Origin: Chiloscyllium plagiosum | Taxonomy: Eukaryota | Reading direction: 5' to 3' | Length of the DNA stretch: 64,000 nucleotides | NCBI RefSeq assembly: GCF_004010195.1 | Contig: NC_057726.1 | Coordinates: forward strand, 28,240,932-28,304,931 | Shown: positions 1 through 12,500 of the stretch, one piece after another | Numbering within the stretch: position 1 is the first letter of the stretch | How the letters are laid out: each line of letters starts with the position of its first letter | The notes under the pieces: generated by a model | What the model saw: the letters and a program-made list of their open reading frames with translations, nothing else | What the model was told of the DNA's origin: nothing | Databases searched by the model: none | Made by a program: the position numbers and the translations under genes

Positions 1-594
1 CTAGAATGCAAAAATGTTCCTCCGCAGTAGAACAGACAGTAAAATCAAACGAGTATAAATTCAACCACAATGAGTTCAAAGTCACATTCAACAATTCACA
101 ATTCTTTCTCATCACTCAGCTCAATTTGATGGCTCTTGCTTGACCACTAAATGATATAGCACTTTTGTTGAGAAGCTGCTTCCCCATCAAGAAATGCAAA
201 CATGCTTTCAAAACGAAAAGCTGCTAAACAGCAACAGAGATTTACAAACCTCTTCATCACCTATTTGGAAATGTCAAGTGGAATTTTCCCATTAAAAGTT
301 AAAGAGTTTTGTTCAGTAAGATTCATGGTGCCTGGGCTGCGTGGAATGAATGACTTGGTCAATGTTCTGCTCTATACCTCAATAATTGTGCAACTCGGCT
401 CCTGCTTGTCTTTCTCAGGCATTAACGTGTCTAGAAATATTGAGATGCTCTCCTCTGTCAGAATTTCCAGCCTTCCCTCCTCTGACACCATTTTTCAAGT
501 TCAGCTGTGCTCCACTTCAGGAACTGGCCCTCACCCTGTTATTATGGATGGTCAACATTTAGCAGATTGCTCAAAGATACTAAACCTCAATCCT

Positions 595-782
595 CATGTC
601 GCGATCTTGGTGGATGGGATGGAGAGTAGGGCAGTCTTTTTTCCTGCCAATCACCATAGAAGGCCATGCCACCAGAACAAGCCAGGCTGGGCACTAATTA
701 CAGCCATTGGTCAGTGCTGTGTCCTAAGTGAAGGCTCTGCTGGAAAAAGATCAATGATTTTCTGAGCTTCACAAGGGTAAGT
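595..782 (+). mobile_element. Degenerate Myb/SANT-like ORF exon, probably from a PIF/Harbinger transposon (related exon-2-like piece at about 3650-3765)
   Basis: AILVDGMESRAVFFP...W...VSAVS...CWKKINDFL followed by a GGTAAGT donor and CA-rich intron-like sequence. ELTAAEEQTLDL at about 3712-3750. Confidence 0.45.
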
Positions 783-3700
783 ATCAACTTCTTCTCTCAG
801 CTACCTCACACCTCACAGGGCCATCATTCACTCTCACTCTACCACTTACTCTCACTATGACTCACAAACTACAACACTCACTATAGTATGCATTATATCC
901 ACTTTTCTCATCATCTCAAACTCCTTATTCTGGCTTCCCTCTGTGCTTCCTACTCTCTCGCTGGGGTCACCTCACCACCTACCCTGCTCCTGCTTCACTG
1001 TTAACTGCTCTTCCATTCCCTTCCATCATGTCAATCCCTCCCTTTGTCCTATTCAGGGGAAAGCTGATCCACTCCTGAACCGATGTCTCCACAACACCCT
1101 GACTGTGTATGTCTGTAATCCCCGGATAAGTTATACTTGACTAGCAGTTGTACTTGTCTTTGGGCTGCAGGGACAAGGTCCCTGGGGTCTGATAGGATCA
1201 GGTGCCTGACTGACTGTGGCCAACCCTCTGAAATGGAATTATTCAAGTCCTGGACTGACTGATGGTACCCCTGACTGACTATAGTCTTAGTCAATCATAC
1301 TAAGGACTGCTCCCCCTTGAATTTCATACATGACCATTTAATTGAAACACGCATAAAATTCTGGCATATGCTACAGATCTAGTGTTAATATTGCACGGTA
1401 CCACTTAGCAATAGCTGACCCTCTATCTGACTGAAGAGATAGAAGGTCAGTAAAGAGCCTGTGCACTAAGAAAGCCCAATGCAATGAGTAGAAGCCCATA
1501 ACCCAGTGCTGAAGTTATTGAATATGCACTATGAAAGCAATGTGAAATTAAAGTAACCATGAGGTGGAGGTGCCAGTGTTGGACTGGGGTGGACAAAGTT
1601 AAAAATCAGGATTAGAGTGGTGCTGGGAAAGCACTGCAGGTCAGGCAGCATCCAAGGAGCAGGATTGTACTTCGAAAAATTGTACTTCCAAATAAACCTT
1701 TTGGACTATGACTGGTGTTGTGCGATTTTAAAATTAAAGTCACCATTTTCTTACTCTGACTGTAGGGCTGCTCTCTCATTGCAGAGACAGAGAGAGACAA
1801 GTGATGGTTTAACCTAAGGGTTACTATGCCTTAGGCAAGGGGAAAGCTTAAGGAGAGTCCTTCATGATGACTACAGCTAGTGTGGGAATTGAACCCAGCT
1901 GTTTGCATCTGCTGGATGGCTGATGCTAAGTACATAGATGATGGCAGCATCCATGTGAGCACTAAAGAGAGTGAGTGCTAAGAAGCCAAGATGCATCCTG
2001 TGCAGATGAAATGTGTGTATGTTTGTGTGTATATCACTGTGTGCAAGGCAAGCTGACAGAATCATGCAAGTCATAGATGTCCCTGAGTTCCCAAGTAAAG
2101 GGCTAAAGTGGTGTGCAGGTTGTTCTGAGAGCAGCCATGGTGTCAGGGTGAGGCTAGAGGTTTGCTGATGTTTACTTGTGTGGATTAAGGGTCAAGGAGG
2201 AGGTTGGCTGTGGGACAGGTTGGGATATTGTGCTGAGGAAACGATTACACAATGGCTAGGATAAGCATTCTGCGTATTGCAGCCAGCAGGCATCTGCTCT
2301 AGTTAACATGTCGGGAATTTGCGCACATAGTTTCTCTGGATGTGACAGATAAATAAAATAATTTGGGGCTTTAATGAAATTCAAATGCATAAAAATAAGG
2401 TAGCCACTGCTCAATGGTGAGATTCTGAAAACGCCATTTAAGGCTTGAGGAGACGATCGAGAAATTATTTCTTGACATTGAGATTCTGATTCTTTTCATT
2501 CTCACTGTATTTTCCTACCATTTTAGTCATTGCCCACACCACACTGGGGGAGGACTTCCTGCCCATCACTGTTTAAAGAATGTTTATGTCTACAATTGTA
2601 TTACAAATCACTTAGAGGTGGGGAAGTCATGCATGTACTTGTAAAGTCTTACATTGATTTTTGCATTCCAGTATAGAAATATAAACTCAATGGTAAATGT
2701 TGGCATAGGTTCCTATTGGCAAATCAACACAATGCTCTCTAAAAGTCATTGTAATTTTGAATAAGTGTGAATCAGTCAATTCAAGGCAAATTTCCTTAGC
2801 TGCTTTTGATCAGAAATGTGATGTCACAGAGTTGAAGGAAAATAAGACACTTACAGAGATTAATCTTGTTTCATTCTCTGTATTGGTATTCTTTAATGTG
2901 CCTTTGATTGGCACCACATCCATCACTTTTATCACTGACAGACAATGACAGACAGTGTGTATCATCTACAAGAGACACAGCAGTAACTTGTCCATACTGC
3001 TTAGACAGCAGCTTCCAAACTTGCAACTTCTACCACTTAGAAGAACCAGGACAGCGGATAGTTGAAGCTATCACATGCAAGTTCCACCCCAAATCGTACA
3101 CCATCCTGACTTGGAAATATTCTGCCACTCCTTCACAGTCACTGGGTCAATATCCTGAAACTCCCTTCTCAACAGCACTTTAAGTGTACCTATATCCATC
3201 ACTTCCAAGAGTGCGGCTAACCACGGTTTCCTCAGGGGTGAACAGGGATACATAATAAGTGCTGGTCTTGCCAGTAATGCCCACATCCTGTAAATGATGA
3301 AAAAACGAATTTGGTGCTATATTCATGAATCTAAAATCAAAATTATCATGATATAAACAGGGTAGAAATGTTGACTGCAAGATGTAGATGAATGTATCAT
3401 TCCAAGTGTACTCTACTTCCTCAAGCCTAATCCAGTCCATCATTCCTCACACAAACTTACCTTGCTGACTCACCCATCGTGCTCTGTCTATGCACTTTCT
3501 CACATCCCCATCTGCAATCCATTGCTGATCCTTACCCTCATCTTTTTGTCATGCCTCTTGCTCACGGTCATCCCAACAAATGCTCTCCATTCACTCATTC
3601 AACACATGCTATTACACACACCCCTAGATGATTTATCTTCCTCTTTGTTAGAGAGGAGAACACATCACAAAAGTGAGGCTGAAAACCAAAATATGGCTTT

Positions 3701-4046
3701 CTGGAGATGTAGGAATTGACAGCTGCAGAGGAGCAGACATTGGACCTATGCAGAATCGTGGTATGGAAGATTCTTCTGTGGTTTACTAAGGATGTTAAGG
3801 ACTGTATTGGATAAAGACACAACTGGTAAATAATATTGCAAAAAATAGCAGTAAAACCAGGGATTAGGAATATTTTCAAAACCAAAAAAGTGCAACCAAA
3901 ATGTTGATATAAAGAGAATAGATACTATTATCAGAGTAAATGAGTCAGGAATATAAAAGCTGATTATAATATCTTTCACAAGTATATGAAAAGTAAGATG
4001 CTTAATGTCCTTTAAAAGCAGAAAAAGAAACTATCAAAGAGGAATG

Positions 4047-4217
4047 GAGTAGAGTGGTGTTGGAAAAGCACAGCAGTTCAGGCAGCATCCGAGGAGCAGG
4101 AAAATCAGGAAAAGCAGGATTTTCCTGCTCCTTGAATGCTGCCTGAATTGCTGTGCTTTTCCAGCACCACTCTACTCCAGAATCTGGTTTCCAGCATCTC
4201 CAATCATTGTTTTTACC
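4047..4217. repeat. Short palindromic Penelope-derived element
   Basis: About 60-bp inverted arms (AGAGTGGTGTTGGAAAAGCACAGC... and ...GCTGTGCTTTTCCAGCACCACTCT). Confidence 0.75.
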
Positions 4218-6149
4218 TATCAAAGGGAATGACAAAATGGCAAAAAAAAGAAAAAAAAAATTGTGTCTGCTGTCACAAAAATCATTTACCAGAAAGAGAG
4301 GGTAATCATTGGGGTAATGAGAGTGATGAACATGGAGTATATAATATTAGCAAAGAAAAAAAGTACTGGAGAAACTTAGGGGACTAAAATCTGGTAAATC
4401 CTGACGATCAAACTGCGAACAATGTGGGTTTCTAATCAAAACCCAACTGCAGAGGAAATGGATGCACTGCTTATAACTTTCCAAAATCCTCTTAATTCCA
4501 GAACTGTACAGGATGTAGGTTAACAAATGTAACTCCATAATTCAGGAATGCAGAGAGGTTGAAAATTGTGAGCACAGGCTAGTTAGCCTGATAGAAGTTT
4601 TTGGAAAAATGCATTTTAACAATATAGAGACAAAGTCAATAATGACTTGATGAAAAGGAAAATGTTTATGACAAGTTCATTAGATTTTTTTGAGGATAGA
4701 ATTAATGGATTAGATAAAGGGGAACCAGCCAATGTGGTATATTTGGATTTCCATGAAGGCATTTAATAAAGTGCCGCACAAAAGATTAAAGCGCACAATA
4801 AATGTTTGCAGAGTTGCACGTAAGTTATTAGCATGGATAAAGAATTGGTTGAAGGAAAGAGTGTGGATAAATAGGCAATTTCAAGATGCCAGGCTGTAAA
4901 TAGTGGGAAAGCACAGAGATCAGTGCTGGGGCCCCATCTATTCACAACCTACTGGCCAAATCTTGTGGCAATGATGAGGGTCACAGCTTTCCGTGAGATC
5001 CAATGCGAGTCTTGCATTGCTTCATTTTGGAAAGGCCTACCACAGTGCCTTCCACTCAATCACTTGAAAGGCCAGCAATGGGCCTTTCCCAGGAATCAAA
5101 GAGCCCAGGACAGAAATCCCACCTTCTGAGAGTCAGAGGTCAGTAGCTGCAATGAGTGGCAATACCACTGTGGGTGTGATGATGCTCCTGGTACAACACC
5201 CACCTCAGGATGAAGACTGCTTCTCAATCCCTGGCTGGACATGATGATGGCGGATGGGTCTATTCAGAATGGGGGTCACAGGGGGAATGATCTTAGAAGC
5301 AAGGGCAGAAGGTGGTCTCAGCAAGCCACTCCCTTTTTTGATGCCCTCCTCCTCAATCGGCACTGAATTTGCATCTGGTTCTCCTCCAAATGGCAAGACT
5401 TCTCTACCACTGGGTTACTATCAAAGTACTGTAATTCTCATTCCAAGTTTTATTCCTCAGATGATATCAGAAGATTTAATTTATAAATAGCCAAGGCATT
5501 CTTTTCAATTATTTAATTAACTAGAAGCTCAACATTTGTTTCAAAATATTCTTTCACAAATTATTCCATCACATACCATGTTCACGGCAATACAGAATTA
5601 ATATTCGAATAACATAGATTTACTAAACTGATCTCAACAGAGAGAAACATTTCATGGATACCTTCACAATAATCAATGAGCAGCAGAAGAGAATGTGGAA
5701 TTATGTTAGAGCCATACATTTTACAGAGAAAACAGCATTGTAAGGTATTTAACAGCAGGCTGCAAAACACATAAATCAGTGCATCACCCCAGAACAGTTA
5801 CATACCTTAATTCTGAGCTTTTATAAAAGGCATTTAATTATTTCAGTCTGGGCTCAGTGTTCAGTCAGGAGGTCATGATTTCAAGTAATACTCCAATGAT
5901 TTGAATATGAAATGTAAACTGACACTTCTGCGCAGTACTGGCTATCATCTTCCAGATGGAATACTTGTTGCTGTATTCCTTCTCAATCTATGTTTAAATG
6001 GTGACAGGTAAAGAAAGAGAAACAGGTAAAAAGGCACAAATGCAAATAAACAGATAATCACGAGATGTACAGACACATTTCAAATAATTACCTTCTTGCG
6101 GTTGATTCAAAGCTTTATTGTTGCAGCTCAATCAGATGTTCAGTCATAA

Positions 6150-6338
6150 TCAACAAATCAATGTGGACTTCACCAGTTTCCTCATTTCCCCTTCCCCCAC
6201 CTCCACCTCTTACTTATCTCTCCACTCTGCAGGCACTCTGCCTCTATTCCTGATGAAGGGCTTTTGCCCGAAACGTCGATTTTCCTGCTCCTCGGATGCT
6301 GCCTGACCTGCTGTGCTTTTCCAGTACCACTCTAATCT
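6150..6338 (+). mobile_element. Penelope-like pseudo-LTR fragment
   Basis: Same terminal sequence as the 9.3, 19.0 and 61.4 kb copies. Confidence 0.75.
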
Positions 6339-8431
6339 ATAATCAATATATATACTGGGGCAATTAATAAAAATGAGAAATAATTCATACAAAATCAGCT
6401 AAATAAGTCAAAAAGCTGAGTATTATCTGTTTCACTGAACAAAATACATCATACCAAAGCACGTAAATTTTGAGTAACTTTTCCATTAGCATTATCTTTA
6501 AGAACACTGAGCTATGGTGTATTCAACAAGCATGATAAGCAAGTATACATCAGCTTTATTTCTGCTAAAACTTCAAACTGTTAAAGTTTTATTTCAAAAG
6601 ATATTTCTGGCACAATTCACCAAAGTAATTCCTGCATTTTATCATTTCTACAGTGAGCCAGTGGGTTATCTTTTTGAAAATTGGAATAAAATATACTTTT
6701 ATTATCTTGTATGCTCCATTGTAGGAGTACAGTGAAACGCTTTTACAATGTCTGCCTTCTTAAGGCGACATCTTAGGTGCAAGTACCTAGTTCCAGCAGA
6801 GAACTACAAATAATTGCATTACTCTACAGAATTGAAAAATAGACACCAGTCCAACAGTCATCCCTGTTCCGTTCCAAGCTCCAGTCTGCTCCATACCAGC
6901 ACTCAGCTGCTCCATGGCAAGTTCCAGGATTTCCTCCCCTGTGCCAGTGTCCACCTGGGACTCGCTGCGTGTGCACTATTCCAGGGCTTGCTGCTCCAGG
7001 GATTTGCTGCCAGTGCCCGCCGCTGGTCCAGGATTTGCCTCTGGTGCTAAGGAAGAAGAAGAAAAAAAGAGGAAAATAAAGAAAAAAGGAAGAAGAAGAA
7101 GACCAGGCAGAGCAGAGGAGCTCCTGCAGGAGTGTCCTACTCTGCAGCAATCTTGATCAAATTATTCATCATGTTGAATGTCTGCTGTATTTTTTCTGGA
7201 GTTTTCTTTTTAGCGTGGTTTTCATCATACCCCAAATTTAGAAATGCTTATTTTGAATATTGGTAGTTACAAAACATAAGGGGAATATTCTATGTGCAAA
7301 ATGTATGAAATCATAATCATATAATTTAAAAGTTTACAAATTTGTAACAAGATGCGCATAGGTAATATCAAACATACCTGCAATTAATATTATTTGCTAA
7401 GCTACAGATGATGCGATTGTTTATTTTAACCAACGTCTGTTCAGCTTTATCATAAGCTTCACTTACGTTGTTTAATTTCCCAGGGGATTAAATGTTTTTA
7501 CACTTAGTTGCCCTGCAGAAATAAGTACTTGTTCTTCCGATAAAGCAGATGATGTCTAAGAACAACCAAAAAGAATTCTAATCCAATGACATTGATTCAT
7601 ACTCCTGCACTTTGTTAAAACTAAAATCAGTATCAAATACAATTGAATTATCATTCAAAGCAAAAACAGAAATTGCTGGAGGAACTCAGCTGGTCTGGCA
7701 GCATCTATGGAGAGAAAGCAGAAACAATGTTTCGGATGCAGTGACCCTTTCCCAGAACTATTCAAAACTAGTTGTCCAAAGTGCTGCCTTGGAGAAAGTG
7801 GCTGAGATTTCAAATCCAAGTGACTCTTCTCCAGAACAGACTTGAAACATTAACGCTGTTTTCTCTCCACCAATACTGCCAGACCTGCTGAAGTCCTCCA
7901 GCAATTTCTGGTTTTGTTTGATTTTTCCAGCATCCACAGTTCTTTGTTTTAATGATTATTTATCCAGTGCAAAACATTTTCTGTTTTGTTTCTGTATTAT
8001 TGTGGCATTTAAATGTACTGGAAAGTCATAAATCAAAAAATCTTCTATTTATCTGTTTCAATTTAAGCATGGGCATTTTCATAGTTCATAAAAGAATTTA
8101 TTGATTCATGATTGAGCACCATCTCCACGATAACATTTTGATAAAAGGGAAAGGTGTGCCAGTATTTTGTTCAGAATGGGTTAACCGCAATGTTCAATGG
8201 ATCTTTGATTTTTTAAAAAAAATCTTATCAAAAGTATTTAAATTATCACTGAGAGATAATGGCATATATTATTTTGTGTCATGCACACATGTAAAGTAGC
8301 CTAGAATGAGGGCAAAAGATGGATCCATTATAATTCTAATAATATTGTATACATAAAAAGCAACTGAATATTGTAAAAATGCACTAAGGTACACATTATG
8401 TTTATTAAAGCACAGCTCAAATGCTAAGTCT

Positions 8432-8728
8432 GATTAGTTTAGATTCCCTGCAGTGTGGAAACAGGCCCTTCGGCCCAACAAGTCCACACCAACCCTCTGA
8501 AAAGCAACCCATTCCCCTACATTCACCCCTGACTAATGCACCTAACACTACAGGCAATTTAGCATTGCCAATTCACCTAACCTGCACTTCTTTTTTTGGA
8601 CTGTGGGAGGAAACCCACACAGACATGAGGAGAATGTGCAAACTCCACACAGACAGTTGCCTGAGGCGAGAATTGAACCTGGGTCCCTGGTGCTGTGAGG
8701 CAGCAGTGCTAACCACTGAGCCACCGTG
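8432..8728 (-). mobile_element. HE1-type tRNA-derived V-SINE
   Basis: tRNA-like head (GGTGGCTCAGTGGTTAGCACTGCTGCCTCAC...GGTTCAATTC), V-domain and a CR1-like tail. Confidence 0.85.
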
Positions 8729-8905
8729 TATAGTGCAGAAACAGTTCCAGCCATATTTGACCAATTCATTGTGTGTTGTCAATGAATTTTTTGCTAGTGG
8801 CATTTAACCTAATGTGAAAATTTTACCTGTTCTTTTCTGAAAGGCAACTAATCAACCTCCAGCTCTTAAAGACAACCTGTTCCTCTTAAAAGGGAGCTAC
8901 ACCCA

Positions 8906-9517
8906 ATGAAAGGCAAAACCTGTGCCCACACCTCCTCCCTCACCTCCATCCAAGGCCCCAAAGGAGCCTTCCACATCCATCAAAGCTTTAGCTGCACATC
9001 CACCAATATCATTTATTGTATCCGTTGCTCCCAATGCGGTCTCCTCTACATTGGGGAGACTGGACACCTCCTAGCAGAGCGCTTTAGGGAACATCTCTGG
9101 GACACCCGCACCAATCAATCACACCGCCCTGTGGCCCAACATTTCAACTCCCCCTCCCACTCTGCCGAGGACATGGAGGTCCTGGGCCTCCTTCACCGCC
9201 GCTCCCTCACCACCNNNNNNNNNNNNNNNNNNNNNNNNNNNNNNNNNNNNNNNNNNNNNNNNNNNNNNNNNNNNNNNNNNNNNNNNNNNNNNNNNNNNNN
9301 NNNNNNNNNNNNNNTCTATGCTACTTTCTCCCCAGCCCCACCCTCCTCTCATTTATCTCTGCACCCTACAGGCACTCTGCCTCTATTTCTAATGAAGGGC
9401 TTTTGCCCGAAACGTCGATATTCCTGCTTGTCGGATGCTGCCTGAAATGCTGTGCTTTTCCAGCACTACTCTAATCTAGAATCTGGTTTCCAGCTTCTGC
9501 AGTCATTGTTTTTACCT
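8906..9517 (+). mobile_element. Penelope-like element 3' part (GIY-YIG endonuclease fragment and pseudo-LTR), contains an assembly gap
   Basis: FSCTSTNIIYCIRCSQCGLLYIGETG...RFREH...PVAQHFN is a Penelope-type GIY-YIG domain, followed by the shared terminal repeat. Confidence 0.88.
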
Positions 9518-12500
9518 GGATATGTCTGTGTTAGAGTATATCAAGCCAAGAAAGGAAATCTGTTAACGTTGTGACCTGATTTCTGCCATATGCTACATTG
9601 CCCAGAAGCACAGACATCAGATTTCAAGGACCATGTTTATCTGTTCAAGAGAAAACCATGTTATATTCAAAACATTCAGGAGAAATGGTTCTGTTCATTC
9701 ATTTTCTGGAAGAAAAAGCATTATTTACTGGGAAGGAAGGAGAATGATTTTGATTTCAGCTCTAAGTCTGAAAATAAATTATGTTGCACAAAAGTCTCTT
9801 GCAATTACTAAGGTCTGAAACACATCTTCATTATGTTACAATCACATACTACAGCCAAAAAAAAGTTCTTTTTATATGTTTTTCTTTCTCTGTTCTTGGT
9901 CAGAAAGTTAGTAAGAGGTTCCATGATATTGATTTTAAACAAAAATCCAAAATATTCGAGAAAATGTTAAATTTGTTCTGGCATAGTGCACCTACATAAT
10001 ATAAAAAATATTTTATTTAGTCCTCGTCCCAAACTGATTTATCCGATGTATTTCATTACTAACTTATGTATTGTAACTAATTAGACTTTGCTGTACTTGT
10101 TCAAATACAATGTCAAGCAGGAGTGAAATAATGGTGTTCACTTAGACCTTGAAAAATATTAACTACAAAGATTGAGTGATCTTTGTTGTGTGGGTTTCCT
10201 ATCTCCTGATGTTAGTTTGCATCTGGTGTCAAGTCAGGCTGATCTCCAAATATTCAGCAAAGGTGATGTCATCAAGGAGTGTAAGCAGTCAATCATGTTG
10301 AAGTAGTCTCATAAACAGCAAATTAGGAAGTAAAATGTACTGATTATTTAACTTTATAATTAAAATGTTACAAAGAATAAAATAAATGATTGGAGCATAC
10401 ACATGAAATTCAGATAGTACGTGAAACATCATTAATATATATTTTAAGAAGTATTGTTTAACAACAACCTTTTTGATCATAATGGAGAATCCTGACATTC
10501 CACAAATACTGTATAAAGAAGACCTTATGCCTGAAACGTCGATCCTCCTGCTCCTCAGCTGCCTGACCTGCTGTGCTATTTCAACACCACACTCTCAACT
10601 TAATTACTCCTAAACATGCACTTGAAAAACTAAGAATTTTTATTACATTGTTAAAAACCAAATTGTGTCTCATTCAATCAGGTGTGAATTCTTCAAGGGT
10701 TTTTACAATGAGAGCAAGCGCAAAGGAGTCAAAGGTCACATCAGTTCAGCAATTTCTATTTGATTGTTGTCTGCAGAGACTTCAACAGTGCACCCTATGG
10801 GGAAATCTGCAATCACTGACAGCAAATATGTATTTCTACTTAACCACACATATGCTGAATCCAGCAGTTGCTTTCATGTCACTGGTATGAAGAAAGTGAA
10901 TTCTGACAATTTCCCACTTTTACCACCATAAAACAGATCTCATTATTTGGCAAAAAATTTGTAGTTTGTGAAAGTGGCAGATTCTGTGCACATGTAATTA
11001 CTCCAATGCATTTTTCTTACATTAGTCTCACATATTGGCTGGTAACCAGTAAAACACAGGCTTTAGCTGGATTGAGTAATTGATTTTTTTGCTTCATTCA
11101 GTTCTTTTCTAAATTATCCAGAAATCATATCTTAGAATGCGATGACTAGTCAGATATATGTGGATACAAAGCCAGTGATCAACAACTCACTGTTCTACTG
11201 ACGTTGCCCATTTACTAAGTGTCAGTAAATGATTTATTAAACTGTCCAGTTTAAATTGTGCATTTGCACTTTTAAAGCACAGCTAATATGGTTCTGCACA
11301 TTTTTAAAAACATTTCTAACAATTTTGTACCATTCTTCTCAAATGATGTGCAGAGAGATAAGTAATCAATCAGTTCACTGACATGAAATTTCCAGCTATC
11401 AGGCTAACTGGGCTTCAGACTGAGATCGGATGCTAAATTGGAAAGTTCTATTTTCCATCATGTGAAGTCCTCACATTTCTCAACTCCAAAACACTTTTCT
11501 CAATGTAGCTTCATCTTCAGCAGCAACATGAACAGCCAATATGCGGCAGAATAATAAATCTCCATTGATTTAATTATTGAGTTCCTAATAAGTAGGAATT
11601 TTATGGTGAACCATCTGTGTATTCAATGTTTTATTACAAATCTCAAATTTATATTGTGCAATTTCAGCAGATCTGTCAGAAATCCCAACCTGTGAAAAGG
11701 TAGAACTGGAAAAGAATGATTTTTATTGTTAAGAAACATTTTGAAGGAAGATTGGACCACTCTGTCCTCAGAACAGAAAAGGAGCAAAAAGTACAAACTT
11801 CCCAAAACTATCTTTACACCCCGTAGGGGTCTGAAATGTGCCTGACATCATTTTGAGTCAGACCATACACAAACCCCTCCAGCTATTTCCTAAAACAGGC
11901 ATTTTCTTTGTGTGTAAATGAGGTGCCTAATTCTTGTTTTGGACTTCTGCCAGCAAGTTATTAGGATTGCTCGGGTTCTTCAGTAGCCTAACCAGTGGCA
12001 CTAAACAAGATTGATTGAGATTCACCATCAACAAGTAAACCTTTTCAGTGTTCTTTTATATTAGCTGGTGCAGCACAACATTATTGTAGATGTTTTTAGC
12101 CTGTGCCAGTGCAATGTCTTAGTGCTGGATGGATTTTCATCACTAATTGAAAAAAAGATCTATCCAGTGGGCATCAGTCTCCCCACTGGACTTGAAATGT
12201 TAACTCTGTTTCTCTCTCTACAATGCCATTAGACCTGTCGCATTTCTCCCAAATTCTGTTAACCTGTTATCAACTGTTCTGAATCAGTGCTTTTCTTCAG
12301 AGTAAACTGCTTTTGCATTAGCCCCAACTAGGTCTTCTGTGAACTACTCAAAAGCTTTCCAATCCAAGGTTTGCATTAAGCAGAAATCAATTCTTGATTT
12401 TCCTTAACCACGAGCAAGCTAATGCCGTTCAGTGTTTGCTGTCTCTGTTCATAATACTCTCACAATATAAACAAGAGTACTATGGCTCCAGGAAGGCCTG

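Noticed and set aside
202-765. 187-aa ORF as a host gene
   Set aside because: No recognisable family over most of its length; the 3' part is a decayed transposon Myb/SANT-like fragment.
4047-4217. Palindromes as miRNA precursors or CRISPR-like repeats
   Set aside because: They are dispersed Penelope terminal-repeat derivatives, several with target duplications; there is no spacer array and the DNA is eukaryotic.
6824-7156. ORFs with a Lys/Arg-rich or Phe-rich tract
   Set aside because: Low-complexity purine run inside a probable non-autonomous retroelement (about 6700-7156).
5662-7556. Minus-strand exon-like segments with AG/GT borders (about 5662-5762 and 7468-7556)
   Set aside because: One has stops in all frames and the other has no recognisable homology; no coherent gene model could be built.
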